Counted from the stretch's first letter, positions 24,868-39,575 are shown. The stretch: DNA of 64,000 bases from Octopus sinensis (GCF_006345805.1 NC_043007.1:7998001-8062000); one strand, 5' to 3'. A program made the numbers and translations. Notes: generated by a model not told the origin, from the sequence alone.

Positions 24868-25647
24868 GGAGAAAGTTGAAATATAGAGAAGAAGCCGCCA
24901 ACGGCACTCGTGTGTATGTATGCGCGCGGGTGTGTGTGTGTGCATGTATATGTGTGGAGGGGGGTTACCTCCGCCCCACCTCTCGACAACCGGGGTTGAG
25001 TATTTTTACGTCTCTAGAATTTAACAGTTCGGCAAATGTGGCCGATAGAATAAGCACTAGACTTTAAAAGATAAGTGTAGGGGTCTGTGCTTCAGCATGG
25101 CCGCAATCCAAGGATGGAAATAAATAAAGACAAAAGATAAACGGTATATTTTTCTCAATCTTACAAAATCCTGGCCTCTTACACAAATTAGACAAACCAG
25201 TTTAGTTCGGTCAAATGTTACGCGCTATAATTAAGTCGTCAAAAAATGTTAATCCCTCGACAGACAGAAAAACTGGATAATATTTCTTTCATAAAGGTTT
25301 ACAAAGATCAGAATTTAGCCGACATTATCCTTGTTCTGCAACAAGCAGATACAATACGCGTCAATGTAAGCGTTTCGTTTACTTTTTGCAGCGGGGTTAG
25401 AAAGCATATTTATTACAAAAGGTTTACCTTACACTTCAAATTCCCCACAAAAATATTAGCTGTGTTGCTAAGGAGTTGGCTTTGCAACCCTTTCCTTTCG
25501 AGCTCAGTCCTACCATGCGGTTCCTTGAATTAGTATCCTCTTCTATAGACCTGCACCAACCAATGGCTTGTAACTGAATTTGAGAGATGGAAGCTGAAAC
25601 ATAAAACCAGTCGTATACGCGTATATAAATGTATATAGATGCATATA

Positions 25648-26545
25648 CGAGGTGGTATTAAAAAGTTCTAGGCCTTGTTATGTTTAGTAAAAAATATCTT
25701 ATTTACCTAAACTTCAGCATCATCTCCTTCGAAGTAGTCACCTAGCGTTCCTGCCATTTTTAGAATCCGTTCTGGAAGTCGTTTTCTGTAAACGAGTCGA
25801 GGACCTTCTGCGATGCGCTCTGGATCTCGACAACGGTGTTAAAACGGCGACCTTTGAGCAACATTTTTATCTTGGAGAAGAAATAGAAGCCTGTAGGTGC
25901 TAAATCTGACGAATTGGTCAGGTGCGGTAGCAATACCATGCTGCTTTTAGCGAGAAACTAGCGAGTGAGGAGAGGTCGGTGACAGGATGCAATGTCGTCG
26001 TGAAGAATCCAATACTTCCTGTTCTGCTGATCCAGTCGCTTTCGCTCAATGTCCTCCGTCAAATGCTTCCAAACTTAGCCAGAGAACCCTCGATTGGCGC
26101 ACTGGCTTTGGAACACGATTTCCCGATGCACAAAACCACATTTCCGAGTGGGACGCTCGTAGCAGGGCTTCCAGATCGGTCATCATATTCCAGAGACGTT
26201 CTTCCACTTTTGAAGCAGCCGTGCCACTTGAAACATTGCGTACGACCCATTACCACGTCGCCGTAAACTTTCCGAAGCAAAGCCAATGTCTCCGTAGCAG
26301 ACTTCCCAAGTTTAACGCAAAGTTTCACGATGGTTTTTTGTTCTTGTCCATGACAAAATCGCAGATTACAGCATACACGTGATCACAAAAGCACAAATTT
26401 TACAACTTGCGAAGTAGACAAAGCGATGTCATTTGGCACACTGCCTTGTGAAGGTCACTGCTAGCTCTCACTGCACACATAACTGTGTGCTGCCATCTGT
26501 TGGCGCGCTACGGGGCTAGTCCGCGAACTTTTTGATACCACCTCG
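25648..26545 (-). mobile_element. Internally deleted mariner (898 bp) with degraded transposase
   Basis: TIRs CGAGGTGGTAT(T/C)AAAAAGTTC with TA flanks; minus ORF KLCVKLGKSATETL..VYGD..QCFKWHGCFKSGRTSLEYDDRSG is a mariner HTH N-terminus. Confidence 0.88.
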
Positions 26546-26609
26546 TATGTATACATTAATATGTGGGTAAGTAGATATGCAGGTATGCATCTACGCATGT
26601 GTGTGTATG

Positions 26610-26790
26610 GATCGCGAGACTGACTGTTTCGAACTGGTTGGCTCACCTGCAGTCGCGAGTACCTGGCTGCCAGAGCGATAGCCAGGCTCCGCTCCAACCA
26701 GCAATATATCGTAAACAAAGCGATATATTGCGGGCTGGAGCGGACCCTGTTATCTGTTAGAGGATAGCAGGGGTTCGCTCCCCCAGCTAG
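26610..26790 (+). other. GC-rich cluster of adjacent hairpins (candidate structured RNA or pre-miRNA)
   Basis: CTGGCTG/TAGCCAG; CCGCTCCA-ACCA-GCAATATATCG/CGATATATTGC-GGGC-TGGAGCGG; CCCTGTTATC/GATAGCAGGG. Confidence 0.4.
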
Positions 26791-26979
26791 CAATATATTT
26801 ATATGTACAGGGTGCAGCGCCGTACCGATAACCAGCCGGCGGAAGATCTGCCTGGGGTTAAACATGGATGTAACATGGAACAGCCACTTTGATGTGGTGA
26901 TTAACTTTACTTGTTAGTATAGTTACTCCTCAGATCTCTTCTTGAGATTTTACAACTAGCTATTTTACTTATATATATA

Positions 26980-27052
<73 letters not shown>

Positions 27053-27054
27053 TA

Positions 27055-27106
<52 letters not shown>

Positions 27107-27119
27107 TATATATAGTACT

Positions 27120-27312
27120 ATGACAAAATCCCCCGGAGACAAAATTCTCCCCGGACAAAATTTCCCGACAGTCAATATCTCCCGGGACTTTGTTCTTTCT
27201 TTACAATAAAGATATTTTAAGAAAGTGAAATTTTATAAAAAAAAAATTTTAATATTTATTTCTTGGTATTTTTGTTTCAAATTTGTCCTCAGGGAATTTT
27301 GTCCTCAGACCG
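27120..27312. mobile_element. Possible MITE or DNA-transposon remnant with inverted subterminal GGACAAAATYCCC repeats
   Basis: Three GACAAAAT(T)(C/T)CCC units at left; GGGA(C/A)TTT(T)GT units in the opposite orientation. Confidence 0.4.
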
Positions 27313-27581
27313 TAAGTATATATGTATGTGTCGGTTAAACAACTGAACATTAGATCCCACGCATAGCCATGACATTCTTGTTCGTTTTATCATCGTTTTT
27401 TATTAATATTCCTCTATACTAAGAAGAGAAGGTCATTTCTGACAGCATACTCCTGAATCAAACGTGTCAGCGATCGGGTTGCACTATATATCATGAAACC
27501 TTTTCACTCTATATACTATGCATTATAATTACAAAATAAAACAAACGTCAAGATTATGACACATAGTGCGTGCGTGCGTGC

Positions 27582-27619
<38 letters not shown>

Positions 27620-27932
27620 ATAAAATTGCTTGATACGGCCACAATTTTTGAAGAAAAGATTTCCTCAAATAAAAACTTATCAATTATGTATTTTTTAAAA
27701 TGTCTTTAAAAAGCACAGAAACAACTCCCGATGGAACAAAAAGCTTATGTAGGTGTATACGGATTATGTCAGACATGTGTTTGAAAAAAGCGAAAAGCAC
27801 TTACACAAAATTTTCTTTCCATCAGGTCTATGTTAAACATTCTGCTTTTTCCAACGATGTTTTATTATAATTAATAAATTTTAATTTCAGAAATATAAAT
27901 AAATAATATAAATAGAGTGATAAATAACTATG

Positions 27933-27982
<50 letters not shown>

Positions 27983-28049
27983 GCCTGTGTGACTATATGT
28001 ATGTGTGTGAATATATGCATGCATACATGTATAATAATCCTTTCCACTA

Positions 28050-28255
28050 TATGCACAAGGCCTGGAATTTTGGGGGAGGAGGTAAGTCGATTACATCAAC
28101 CCAAGTACTTGACTGGTATTTAATTTATCGACCCCGAAAGGGTAAAAGGCAAAGTTGACTTCGGTTGAACTTGAACTCAGAACATAGCGACAAGCGAAAT
28201 GCCGCTAAGCATCCTACCCGCTTTTGCTATCGATTTTACCAGCTGGCCGCCTCCA
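28050..28255 (-). mobile_element. SINE family A
   Basis: TTTATCGACCCCGAAAGG..AAAGGCAAAGTTGAC..TTGAACTCAGAAC. Confidence 0.75.
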
Positions 28256-28655
28256 TGTACCTGTATAATAATGCGCCGTTTGGTGCGGACATTGCGTGCT
28301 ATATAAACTCCGCAGTTTTTGAAGAGATAAACAAATGTAAAATTGTCAATTGATTGACTTTGACAAAAATTCGATTTATATTTTCCCTAATACCTTACGG
28401 AACAAAATCATAGAAAAATCGATAAAAAGAAGGAAATAAATTAACTGGACCGAGCTACATGGTTGACAAGGTTATTGACTGGCATCAACGTCTGCTAAAA
28501 AGTATTCAGAGATCTTATTGTCGGAATTTTGTTTATATTATAAAAGGCTAGTGACAGGTCTTTGTTGCTCGCTTTGAACATGACCCTCTGTTAAATAAGT
28601 ACATTTTCAAATGAATGGTGATCTCTCTCTCTCTCTTCCTCTCTCTCTCTCTCTC

Positions 28656-28692
<37 letters not shown>

Positions 28693-28844
28693 TTAGAACT
28701 GCAGCCATTATCATTTGAGTTCCTACTACAGAAATTCTAAACACAGCATCGAATTTATTCAATGAGAATTCTTTCATTTGATATCTCAGCTTCCTCTGCG
28801 CCTCTTTGATGATCATCATCATCGCCATCATCAACTATGAGCTT

Positions 28845-29235
28845 GCTGAATCGTTAGTGTGTCGAACAAAATTTTTAACTGCTCTTCTTCCATCATTTTA
28901 TGTTCTGGGTTCAATGCTCACCGAGCCAATTCGTCTTAGGGGGCCGCTCCAATAGAATATCAGTCAAGTACTGGAGTCAGTTCAATCGACTAACCCTCTC
29001 CCGCTAAAATTGCTGGCGTTGTGTCAAAATTAGAAACCGCTAAAGGAATCGTTAGCGCGTCGAACAAAATACTCAACAGCATTTCTCCTGGCTCTTTACG
29101 CTCTGAGTTCCGATTCCGCCGTAGTCGACTTTGCCTTCATCTTTTCGGGGCCAATAAAATAAGGTACCAGTCAAGTACTGGGGTCTATGGAATCTGCTTC
29201 ACCTGGCCGCCCTCCCCCCCCCCAAATAAAAAGAA
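28845..29235 (+). mobile_element. Two adjacent diverged SINE family A copies
   Basis: Two GAATCGTTAG..TTCTG(G/A)GTTC heads at about 28845 and 29045. Confidence 0.6.
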
Positions 29236-29815
29236 ATAACCACCTTAAGCAAATAAAAAGAAATACTTTTACATGGGAGTAGATTCTACGCCATATTAAC
29301 GAACTCGTGTGCGGAAGCGATCTTCACTCAATCTATCTATCCATCTGTCTGTCTATCTAGTATTTATCTTTCTATCTCTCTATCAATCTATATTTATCTA
29401 TCTACCTACTTACCTATCTATCGATCTATCTATCTACCTATTTATCTATCTATCTATTTATCTATCTATTTCTCTATCTATCTATCAATCTATTTCTGTC
29501 TATCTAACTATCTATCTATCTATCTATCTATCTATCAGTTTCATTGTTATTCATTGCTAAAGAGACAGAAAGTTGTAGTTTTTGTTTCCTCTTGTGTTAG
29601 ACATGCAGGCAATTTCACTTGTATTCCAGAACAACTTTAAATGAAGGTATAAAATATCGAGAACAAACTTCAGCGTCCGCGCCTCAAATTATCTGCAATG
29701 TCCTTCTCGTCGGTTTCTGCATTTCTAACGGAACCACTTTTTTTTCTTTTTGTTTTATGCTAAGTTATTTCACGATTACAAAAACTGATATTAACGTTGC
29801 GAAGGTGAGAGATTT

Positions 29816-29887
<72 letters not shown>

Positions 29888-30041
29888 ATATTCATGTATA
29901 TACAGATAGATACATACATGCATACATACGTACGTACATAAATATATATATGCATGCTTATATATATATATACACGCACGCACACATACATATATACATA
30001 CATACATATGCCTGTATGAGTGTGTATATATATATGCGCGA

Positions 30042-30087
<46 letters not shown>

Positions 30088-31479
30088 ATGCGTTGGCATT
30101 CATATATTCATTCGAATGCTAAAACTTCCCGTCCTCCACCACCTTCTCTCTCTTGGAATTTCTCATTTCTTCTTCAACAATCTTCGCGCTGACTTGCAAA
30201 AATTTCCTGTCTGAACTTACAAAGAATTCGTTACACTTGCGCTTTTAGTAATGTCTGCTGTGATTTTGGGGTGTGGTTGTTTGCTAAACATTACCATCAT
30301 AATTAATTAACGTTGTTGCTGTGGTTGATTAAGCAGCAGTCAGTTCCTGCTACAAGTGGAAAACGGTAAAATTATGCGATGTTTGTTTCTGAAGCTTCTT
30401 GAGTTTTTGGCTTTTATTCAGCGTAAGAATATTGGCTGCGTAAGAATATTGCACCACGCGGCCACACAAAGGTATTTGTTTGATGTGTTAAAGTAAAGGA
30501 TTGCTGCTTCAATAATTAGAAACAACTGCCAAGATGCCACATTGGACTAAAATCTTATTAATAACATATAATCATGGCCCCAGTGAGTGAATTTCTTCAC
30601 CGTTAAAGACTTCGTAATACTGAGCAACGACCCTGGAAAGAAAAAAACAAAATGAAGAAATTGGGATTAGCGAAACTGTATGGCTTCGGGCTTCGAGTGA
30701 AGGAATAGTTCTCTGCTGGTGAGGGAAGTGTTTCTGTCCCTTGTTTGCAATTTCAGAAAACAAATAAATTAATTTATCTAAATCTTATATCTTTTGTCTT
30801 TTATCTGTTACTGGTTTCAGGCATTCGACTGCGGTCATGCTGGAGCACCACACTGAAGGGTTTCAATCGAACAAATACACACCAGTGGGACTGAACCCGG
30901 AAACATGAGATCGACAAGCAAACTTCTTACAACTCAGCCGTGCCTTCGCCTAAACTTGGATTTGAATAAAGCACTTATTTTTCTTATTTGCAAATCCAAA
31001 CGCATAAATATGGATATGTATATCTAGGCGCAGACATTACTATGTAGTTGAGAATCTTGCCTTGCAGCCTCTTGGCTTTGGGTTCAATCCCAAGGCGCGG
31101 CATCTTGGGCAAGTGCCTACAACTATAGTACCGGGCCGACTTGCAAGTCGGTAGAAACTGTGTGGAATCTCATCGTATATATGTGTGTGTGCGTATGAAT
31201 GTGTGTGTCTGTGTGTATGTGTGTGAATGCTTGCTTGTATTGTATGTGTGAAAGTTGCATGTGTGTGTGTGTCTTTGCGACCCCCCCTCCCCACCCCATA
31301 ACCGTTTCTAGACATGAAGGGTTTCTCTTTGTATGTATTTTGAAAACAATATATTTTCAATCTTGAAATGGCCAACTGGTCCTGTCATAACCCAGAGCAT
31401 TATCACAAATATAAAACCAGTGATACCCAATGGTTGATTCCCCTGTTACTCTATAATACTGTATAAAACATAATACACA

Positions 31480-31680
31480 AATTACACAGTCTTTGGTTTT
31501 GGGATATTTTCCAAGTTCTCTCTGTGGCTTGTTACAAACATGCTTCCTACACAGAAGACTTGACATTTGACTACATTTAAAGTCTGATGACCCAGTTTCA
31601 CTGCAGACAGATAATGAGTCACGATCTGGTTTGTAGTTTGCAGCAGACTTTTATAGTTTCCAAAATCACCGGAAGACAAG
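31480..31680 (-). pseudogene. Possible piggyBac-like transposase C-terminal Cys-rich domain remnant
   Basis: Broken minus translation ..HYLSAVKLGHQTLNVVKCQV / KHVCNKPQRELGKYPKTKDCVICVLC resembles the C-x2-C..KT..C-x2-C..LC motif. Confidence 0.3.
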
Positions 31681-34600
31681 CCGCACTTCGGTCGAATGCA
31701 TTAGTTGCGCGAATTTACATACACCTATACTAGCTTATATATACATACACTTGTATACGCAGACATATATGCACACACATACACATGAATTCACGCATAA
31801 GTTACACACACACACACACTCATAGTTACACACATTTATTCGCATTCTCATACACACAAATGCACTTTCATACACACATTCATGAACTTGCATACACACA
31901 CGTTCACGCAGTCACATATACGTATATACTTCAGACTCTGGTTGCATAGACTGTTTCACCTTCGGTCATCTTATAAATTATGTTGTATTTCGTCTAATAT
32001 GGTGTTGTTATGAACGGAGAAGAGAAGGTAGTCGAGGAAATGCATAGAGGAATCGTCTCTGCTGTTCTTTTATATTTAGTTTGCAAGGCAGACAGAGAGT
32101 ACAACCGATACGAAAGACCTTCTGCGCTGTGAGCGCTCGACTTTAATGGAGTTCGTTCTATTGTACAGTTTTAGATCAGGTCCCCACCAAGAATCCTAGC
32201 CTCATCCCATACCGATACCCCTTTCCCTTACTTCGATGCCAAAATCATAACATCAAAGCTGTTCTGCCAATCTCCCGCCTCTTCTTTAATATTGGCTGAT
32301 TCCGATCAACCCTAAACATTATTCATCATCTCTTAATTACGCCAAAACTAAACGCCATGTTGCACTCCTTAACACGAATCTCTCACCCTTCATCTAGGAT
32401 CGATTTCTGGAGTTCATGTTATACTCTTCACTCAAACCTCACTCAGAAAGACGATGTCTGCCGTTATTTAGACTGCAATGACCCGCCCCACCCCCGCTAC
32501 CACTCACCTTCGTTGTTATCAGAGTACAAGGACGTCTATTCAAAGTGTTCCTCCCCTCACTTCAGTCACTCAAAATATACTCCCACTCGGATCCGCCTAC
32601 TACACTCCGAGCCCCTACAGCTTTCAACAATTCTTCGGTTATATCTTTTCAGTCACCAAGGACATCTGTTCCATTCGATCTCTTTGCAGGCTAACGGTCC
32701 TCAGGGACTTCAGAACTAAACCCACTTTTTCACAGTCCTCAGTAATTTACTCCGAGTACTTTCATTCACCATTCACAACTTTGAGACTGACTCGCTCTCC
32801 AAACAGTCTTCATCTTCTTTCAACCACCATCACACCGTTTCCATCTCTGCTTCTTCTGCTAAGTCACCCAGCCACAGCTTCATTTCCACCATTTGCTACA
32901 AATCGCACGCTCTACAATTCTCCCACCTCTCAGACATTACGCCACTTCAAGTCACACACACACACACATTCGTACATGTACATAAATATATGCATGTATA
33001 TGCGTGCGTGTGTTTACAAGGCTATAGTAGAAGACACTTGCCCAAGGTACCATACCGTGGGACTGAACCAAGAACCATGTGTTTGAGAAGTAAACTTCTT
33101 ACCACACAGCCACACCTGTATGTGTGTGTATGTATATTTATGTGTGTGTGTGTGAGTGTGAGCGAAGTTTTGCAGTCACTTTCAACCATTAATTAGTGAA
33201 TGTATATTACGCATGCGCGCACACATGCACATATACGCGCGCGCGTGCGTACATAGGAATGGCCGAAAGTAAAATTTAGCCTTTTTCCTCAGAAAATAGA
33301 TTGCATATTAGTATACATATGCGGTGGGGGGGCGTACGTGTGTGTGTGCGGGGGGTACGTGTGTGTGTGCGGGAGTGTGTGTGTGTGTGCGGGCGTACGT
33401 GTGTGTGTGTGAGGGCGTACGTGTGTGTGTGTACGCGTATGTGTACGTGTGTGTGCGTGTGTGTGCGTGTGTGTGTGTGTGTGTCTGTACTTATGTGTGT
33501 ACGTGTATGCGTATGTGTGTGTGTACGTGTGTGTGTGCACGCGTGAGTGCGTACGTATGTGTGCGTGCGTGTGTACGTGTGTGTGAGCGTCTGTGTGTGC
33601 GCGTGCGTACGTGTGTATATGCGCGAGCGCGTAAGATGGAAATCGTCTCAAAAGATCTCCTAAGAAGTGATGAACATGGCTGTCACTCTCCCGTGTTTTC
33701 AAATTGCCCCTGCTTCGGCAAATTTAGCAGAAGGAAATTTGACTTTGTTGACGTCAGTTTCTTTGTGAAGGTGTCAAGAGGGAGAATAAAACAACGTTGG
33801 TTGAAACTTATTATTAAAAGTAAAAGAATATAGTTATTCTGTTGTGTCTGGGGAGGGTCATTTTCTTTTGTGCCTTATTATGTAACAAACTCACCGGTAA
33901 AATTTCCACTTTTTTCTTATTTTTATTTTCCTAAAAATTTTCGTTGCGTCTTGCAACCTTTTCAATATTTTTGACTCAAAACTATTGTAAAGGTTGCAAA
34001 GCGCAACGAAAATTTTAGGAAAATAAAAATAAGAAAAAAGTGAAAATTTTACCGGTGAGTTTGTTACATAATAAGGCACAAAAGAAAATGACTCTCCCCA
34101 GACACAATAGAATATGCTTCGACACACAAACTCATATAAAGAATCTTGCAAACCAAATCCAAAAACGAAATATTGTTATTTATTATTTTGTTTAATCCAG
34201 AATTTTGTTAACGTGGCTACGGTTGAGGATAGCGGGAATCAACTCCCAGAACGGTGGTAGCCAAATATTTCTTTGGTTAAGAATAAAAACGTTTTGTTAA
34301 ATATGAGAATATCCAGAAGAATGTTTTGTGTGAGGAAATTTATGAAAAATCTTGTCAAAACATTAGCATTACAAAGGAAAGACAGATTCCAGTAAAATAA
34401 ATATTAAGAAATTAGAATATTTAGAAAATAGAATTTTTAATATTAACTCCCGCTTTATTTTCACAAAAGTAAAACTATATGAGACAGAAAAAAGAATAAT
34501 ACAGCTGAAAAAGCTGAATATACAAATATAAATAGTTGTTGATTGTTTAATGAAGAAATTGACGGTGGCCAGGCTACAGCAAAAAGAAAATAACAGATTT

Positions 34601-36044
34601 GTTGGGCCCTCAGGTTAAAGGACCAAAGCCCGCAGATTGATGAAGAGTAATGAAGGGTCGTTTTTTTTAAGAAGTACACAAGAATGGAATATATTGTCTC
34701 TAGACTGGAGATTAAATGACATCAGGACACAGGAACGGTGAGTGGTAAAGCAGCTTGAACTCTGTTGAGAATCAGCTGCCTGCTTTTCTGCAGCACAAAG
34801 CTTCGTAAAAACATGTGACCCTCCTTTCAATAGCAAAAAGAACAAAATGCCAATTCTGGTAAACTGAAAATAATAATAATAACGGAGATGTAATAATAAT
34901 AACGGAGGTGTAATAATAATACGGAGATGTACTTGCATAGCAAGTGACCTGATCTGAGATCGAGTGCTGGAACGAAAACAATTGCAGCGTGGAAGATGTT
35001 TATAAGCCATTTAAGAAACACACAAAAGCCGTTCGATTCACTTCAACATTTAAATTTAATTTGTCAAAATATTTTAGTCGCTTTGAGACCGCGACCTGTT
35101 CACTGGCAAAATTCCGTGCTGCATCGTTTGCAAATCTTGCGTTTTAAGGGCAGGGATCTTGTCTATTACATTGACCCCTAATGCTTAACTGGTACTTATT
35201 TTATCGGCCACGAAAGAATGAAAAGCAATGTCGACTTTGGTGGAATTTATTTATTTTAACGGCCTATCGATGTATACAGTGAGTTTCTTTGCCCTAGGTG
35301 TCGGGAAGACACCCAGCAAGAAATGAAGACAAAACTGAAGGAAGAAAAACTAATTAATAATAATAATAATAATAATAATAAAGAGGTGGAGGAATGGAGA
35401 GGGCGGAAGAGGAAAGGAGGGCGCGGAGGGGGAGATAAAGATGAGGAAGAGGAGGAAAGAGGTTTTCTTTATTTAAAGAATAATGATTAACGTTCGCAAA
35501 CAAGAAGTACAAAAGGTAACTACTCTAAAAATGAATAGGAAAGAGTTGAAGGTGCCAGTTGTCTTCCTAAGCATTCGTTTAACAAAAAAAAAACGACAGG
35601 TATCGCTAGAAAGGTTCGATTCCGAGAGAAAATAAAGAAAACAAAGAGGAATCTATGATCTGAATGGGTAAGAAATAGCAGAACGCCAGAAGAAATGAAA
35701 TGCCAGGAGGAATTAGAAAGATTGAATAGAATGAGGCTTTAAAAAGAGATACGATGGAAGGAATAATCTCACAGAGATTAAATATAGATTATGACAACTC
35801 TAACATATGAACGATATAAATCTGTGGTTGGAGAGAGCGAAGGACAGCGGAGAAGAAGTAAGATATGAAATTAGGAGTGTGAACATTTCGAAATGTATGG
35901 ATCATAAATCAGAGAACATTGGGAAATGATATTGATTCGGAAAAAACATTTCTTCGGTGATATCAGCAAAAACTGTTGTTTTTATACAGATGATAAGACA
36001 GGTCGTAAAATATTAATTATCCACTTTCATACGAGAAACACGTA

Positions 36045-36106
<62 letters not shown>

Positions 36107-36158
36107 TATACATATATATCTATGTGCGTATATATGTATAGATACATATACATATATA

Positions 36159-36193
<35 letters not shown>

Positions 36194-36261
36194 CTACTAA
36201 GTACCAAAACATCAGAGCATCTTTAAGTCACATTATTGAATACGATATATATACCAAAGAA

Positions 36262-36642
36262 GGCGGCGAGCTGGCAGAGTCGTTAGCACGCCGGGCGAAA
36301 TGCTTAGCTACGTTCTGAGTTCAAATTCCGCCGAGGTCGACTTTGCCTTTCATCCTTTCGGGGTCGATTAAATAAGTACCAGTTACGTACTGGGGTCGAT
36401 ATAATCGACTTAATCCGTTTGTCTGTCCTTGTTTGTCCTCTCTGCGTTTAGCCCCTTGTGGGTAGTAAAGAAATAGGCATTTCGTCTGCCGCTACGTTCT
36501 GATTTCAAATTCCGCCGAGGTCGACTTTGACTTCTATCTTTTCAGGGTCGATAAATTAAGTATCAGTTGTGTACTGAGTCTGTCAAGTCGACTGGCTCCC
36601 TCTCCAAAAATTTAGTGTCTTGTTCCTAGAGTAGAAAAGGAT
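36262..36642 (+). mobile_element. Dimeric SINE family A (monomer with Tx1-like tail plus head-less second monomer)
   Basis: First unit ends GTAAAGAAATA at 36475; second starts GGCATTTCGTCTGCCGCTACGTTCTG and ends CCTAGAGTAGAAAAGG. Confidence 0.85.
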
Positions 36643-36849
36643 GTCTATATCAAAGAACTGGATCAGTCTTGAGAAGGATTGTGAAGTGTCATATGACGAA
36701 GTTGTGCTTGAAAGTATGACAAAATAAATGTATGACAAAATACACCTCTAACGAAAAAATTTGTTTGTGAGTTATGTACAGAGTAACTGTGTCTAATCAT
36801 TTCCTTTCCAGTGTAACACAAGGCCTTAATTTAGAGGACAACAATGTTC

Positions 36850-36975
36850 GACTGGTACTTATTTTATCGACCCCCCAAAAAAGGATGAAAGACAAAGTCG
36901 ATCTCGGCGGAATTTGAACTCAGAAATTAGAGACAGAGAAATGTCGCTACGCTAACGATTCTGCCAGCTCGGCAC
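36850..36975 (-). mobile_element. SINE family A
   Basis: AAAGTCGATCTCGGCGGAATTTGAACTCAGAA..AACGATTCTGCCAGCTCG. Confidence 0.75.
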
Positions 36976-37939
36976 CGAAATAGCTGGGCCTAATACTGAA
37001 ATATTTATGAATTGGATGAAAAGAATCTTTGCAAAACCCTTTCATGAGTTCTTATTTATTTGTAAGATCATTATTTTCCTGTAATAGCTAAATAAACACA
37101 AAATGAGTTTAGGTATTTATTTAGCAATGCGATAGACGAGCTTCATATCGCGAGACATAACAGAATCGCATTGCATTGAGCCACCCACAAACAGAATACA
37201 GTGACAGCCTGGAATACAATGAAGATTTTTTGGATGGTTCTTTTTCTCTTTTTTGTCGACTGTAATTATATAGGGAGGTTATCGATGACAATAACTTTAA
37301 ATATAAAAGAAAGAAAATTGAGTTATCCATTAATGTCTTTATCTGTTTTCTTTCTTTTATGAATTACTAACGGAAAATTAGAAAAATCGCACACAAAGAA
37401 GATAAAGGCGGAGCATCTGAGAGATTGTGAAAATATATTTTCATTCATTGTATAGAAAAATATTATCTAATAAACCGATATAGTATAAAAGAGGAATATA
37501 GAACATGCGGGGTGTTGGCAGAGTCGATCAAGCATCGCCTACAATATTAAATGGTGTTTGTTCTGTTATCTGAGTTCGAATCCGGCTAACATCAACTTCA
37601 CCGTTTGTCCTTTCGGGATCAATAAAAAGTGGTAGACTGGTGGAACTATAAGAATATTGGATGGAGTACTTTGCAGTATTTGTTCCGGTTAACTGCGTTC
37701 TGAGTTCAAATCCCACAATGGCCTACTTGTCTGGTAGTCTTAACCCGTTACCTGACACCTTGAATTCCTTTAAATTGGGCCAATCTCTGTTTCGAGCACT
37801 GGGTCGCAACCATTCTTTTTTGCCAACGGAACCCCTCTGGTTCCTATTTTATTCAACTGGACCCTCATAGCCATTCGATGGTCAAACAAATTCTATTGTA
37901 TGTTTATAATTAAACGCTATTAGGAATTATTCTTTCATT

Positions 37940-38145
37940 CGTTTACTTGTTTCAGACATTTCATTGCGGCCATGCTGGAGCACCGCATTTAGTCGAGCAA
38001 ATCGAGCCCAGGACTTATTCATTGTTAGCCTAGTACTTATTCTATCGATATCTTTTGCCGAACCGCTAAGTTACGGGGACATAAACACACCAGCATCAGT
38101 TGTCAATCGATTGTGAGAGGACAAACACACACAAACACACACACA

Positions 38146-38215
<70 letters not shown>

Positions 38216-38370
38216 ATATATATATACGACGGGCTTCTTTCAGTTTCCGTCTACCGAATCCACTCACAAGGCTTTGGTAGCCCGAGGTTATAGTAGAAGA
38301 CACTTGCCCAAAGTGCCATGCAGTGGGACTGAACCCGGAACCATGTGGTTGGTAAGCAAGCTACTTATTT
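37940..38370 (-). mobile_element. Near full-length SINE family B (CORE-like)
   Basis: Minus: AAGTAGCTTGCTTACCAACCACATGGTTCCGGGTTCAGTCCC..GGGCAAGTGTCTTCT..(TG)n..GCGGTGCTCCAGCATGGCCGCAATG.. Confidence 0.88.
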
Positions 38371-39575
38371 TAGAAGTATAACCAATTGATTGCAGATAAA
38401 CTTTAACACCAAAATCCTATACGGCCCCCCAAGGGTCATATTGACACCGGTTGGGAAGACTGGGGTTAAAGGATACCTTGCTTCCTCCCTTCGACTAGTT
38501 TCGAAGACCCTGTGAATGGTCAAGGACACTGTCTTCTCTGCAGAGGAGCACAGAATACCTAGAAAAAATTATTTAATATTTTGCTAAAAGCAAAACCTCA
38601 GAGGCTGACGAGACAAAGATGTAGATATGTACAAAAAGCACTTAGACACATTTTTGAGAAACCAAATAAACCCACATCAGGCAAGAAACGCAAAAGAAGG
38701 CAGCGTTGTTCTATTCCTTCATTCACCAAATGAAGGAGACAGGGAGAGAGAGAGAGAGAGAGGGGGTGGAAATGGAATCAAATGAAGAAATAATAACACC
38801 AATGGCGTTATCACAGTGCGGTCACGGCCTCTGATAAAAACAAGTAAGAGTGTGTGTGTGTGTCTGTGTGTGTGTGTGTGTAATATATTAATGTAGTTGC
38901 AAATACATAAAGTGGGAATTGAGAAATTCTGGGCCTTTAAGACTTTCAAGAGAAGAGCGACCGTTGTATTTGCCATTGTTGTTGTGGCTGTTGTTCATGT
39001 AGCTGCTACTGTAGATGTTTCAGATGGTTCTTCGACTTTTAGTCAGGCGCCGACCCAGACCAAACACACGTTTCATCGACGAAGATTTAACAACCAAGAC
39101 GATTCTTTGTTCTTGTATCTAAAGGAATACGTTGCCCAATGCATATCCTTCATTATTTAAGACAGTAAAGTATGGTTTAAGGGACATTTAAGGATTACTG
39201 CTTGCTGATCCGTTTATTCTTAAGGGTATGCTCCAGAGATTCTCAACCCTGGAACGCATTGATCTTAATCACATTATAACGGCGATCATTCCGACAAAAA
39301 TTTCCAAGTGTTAACGATCTCTTCTTTCCCACTGATGCCAGTTTATGATTGACAGAACTAATGGATTAATTACATTCCGACTTCATTAATTAACAGATTG
39401 CATATAATTTCATATTAAACTCAGTGAAACACTCTTAAGATATAATGTACAAAGAGCAACACTTATGTGATTGTGTTAGGGTGAGTGTGTGCACATAGAA
39501 ATACACATATTTATATGTATATATGAATATATATATATTCATATATATAATATATAATATATATATATATATAGA

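Noticed and set aside
26461-26865. 134-aa minus-strand ORF
   Set aside because: It spans a mariner end, a microsatellite and the hairpin block; no protein signature.
31584-31590. CTGATGA as a hammerhead core (also 59714-59720, and CTGAAGA near 39683 in the palindrome)
   Set aside because: No downstream stem II + GAAA + NUH + stem I arrangement.
32357-33086. ORFs of 120 and 202 aa in a pyrimidine-rich block
   Set aside because: No recognisable motif; probably a decayed retroelement, but the family cannot be assigned by eye.
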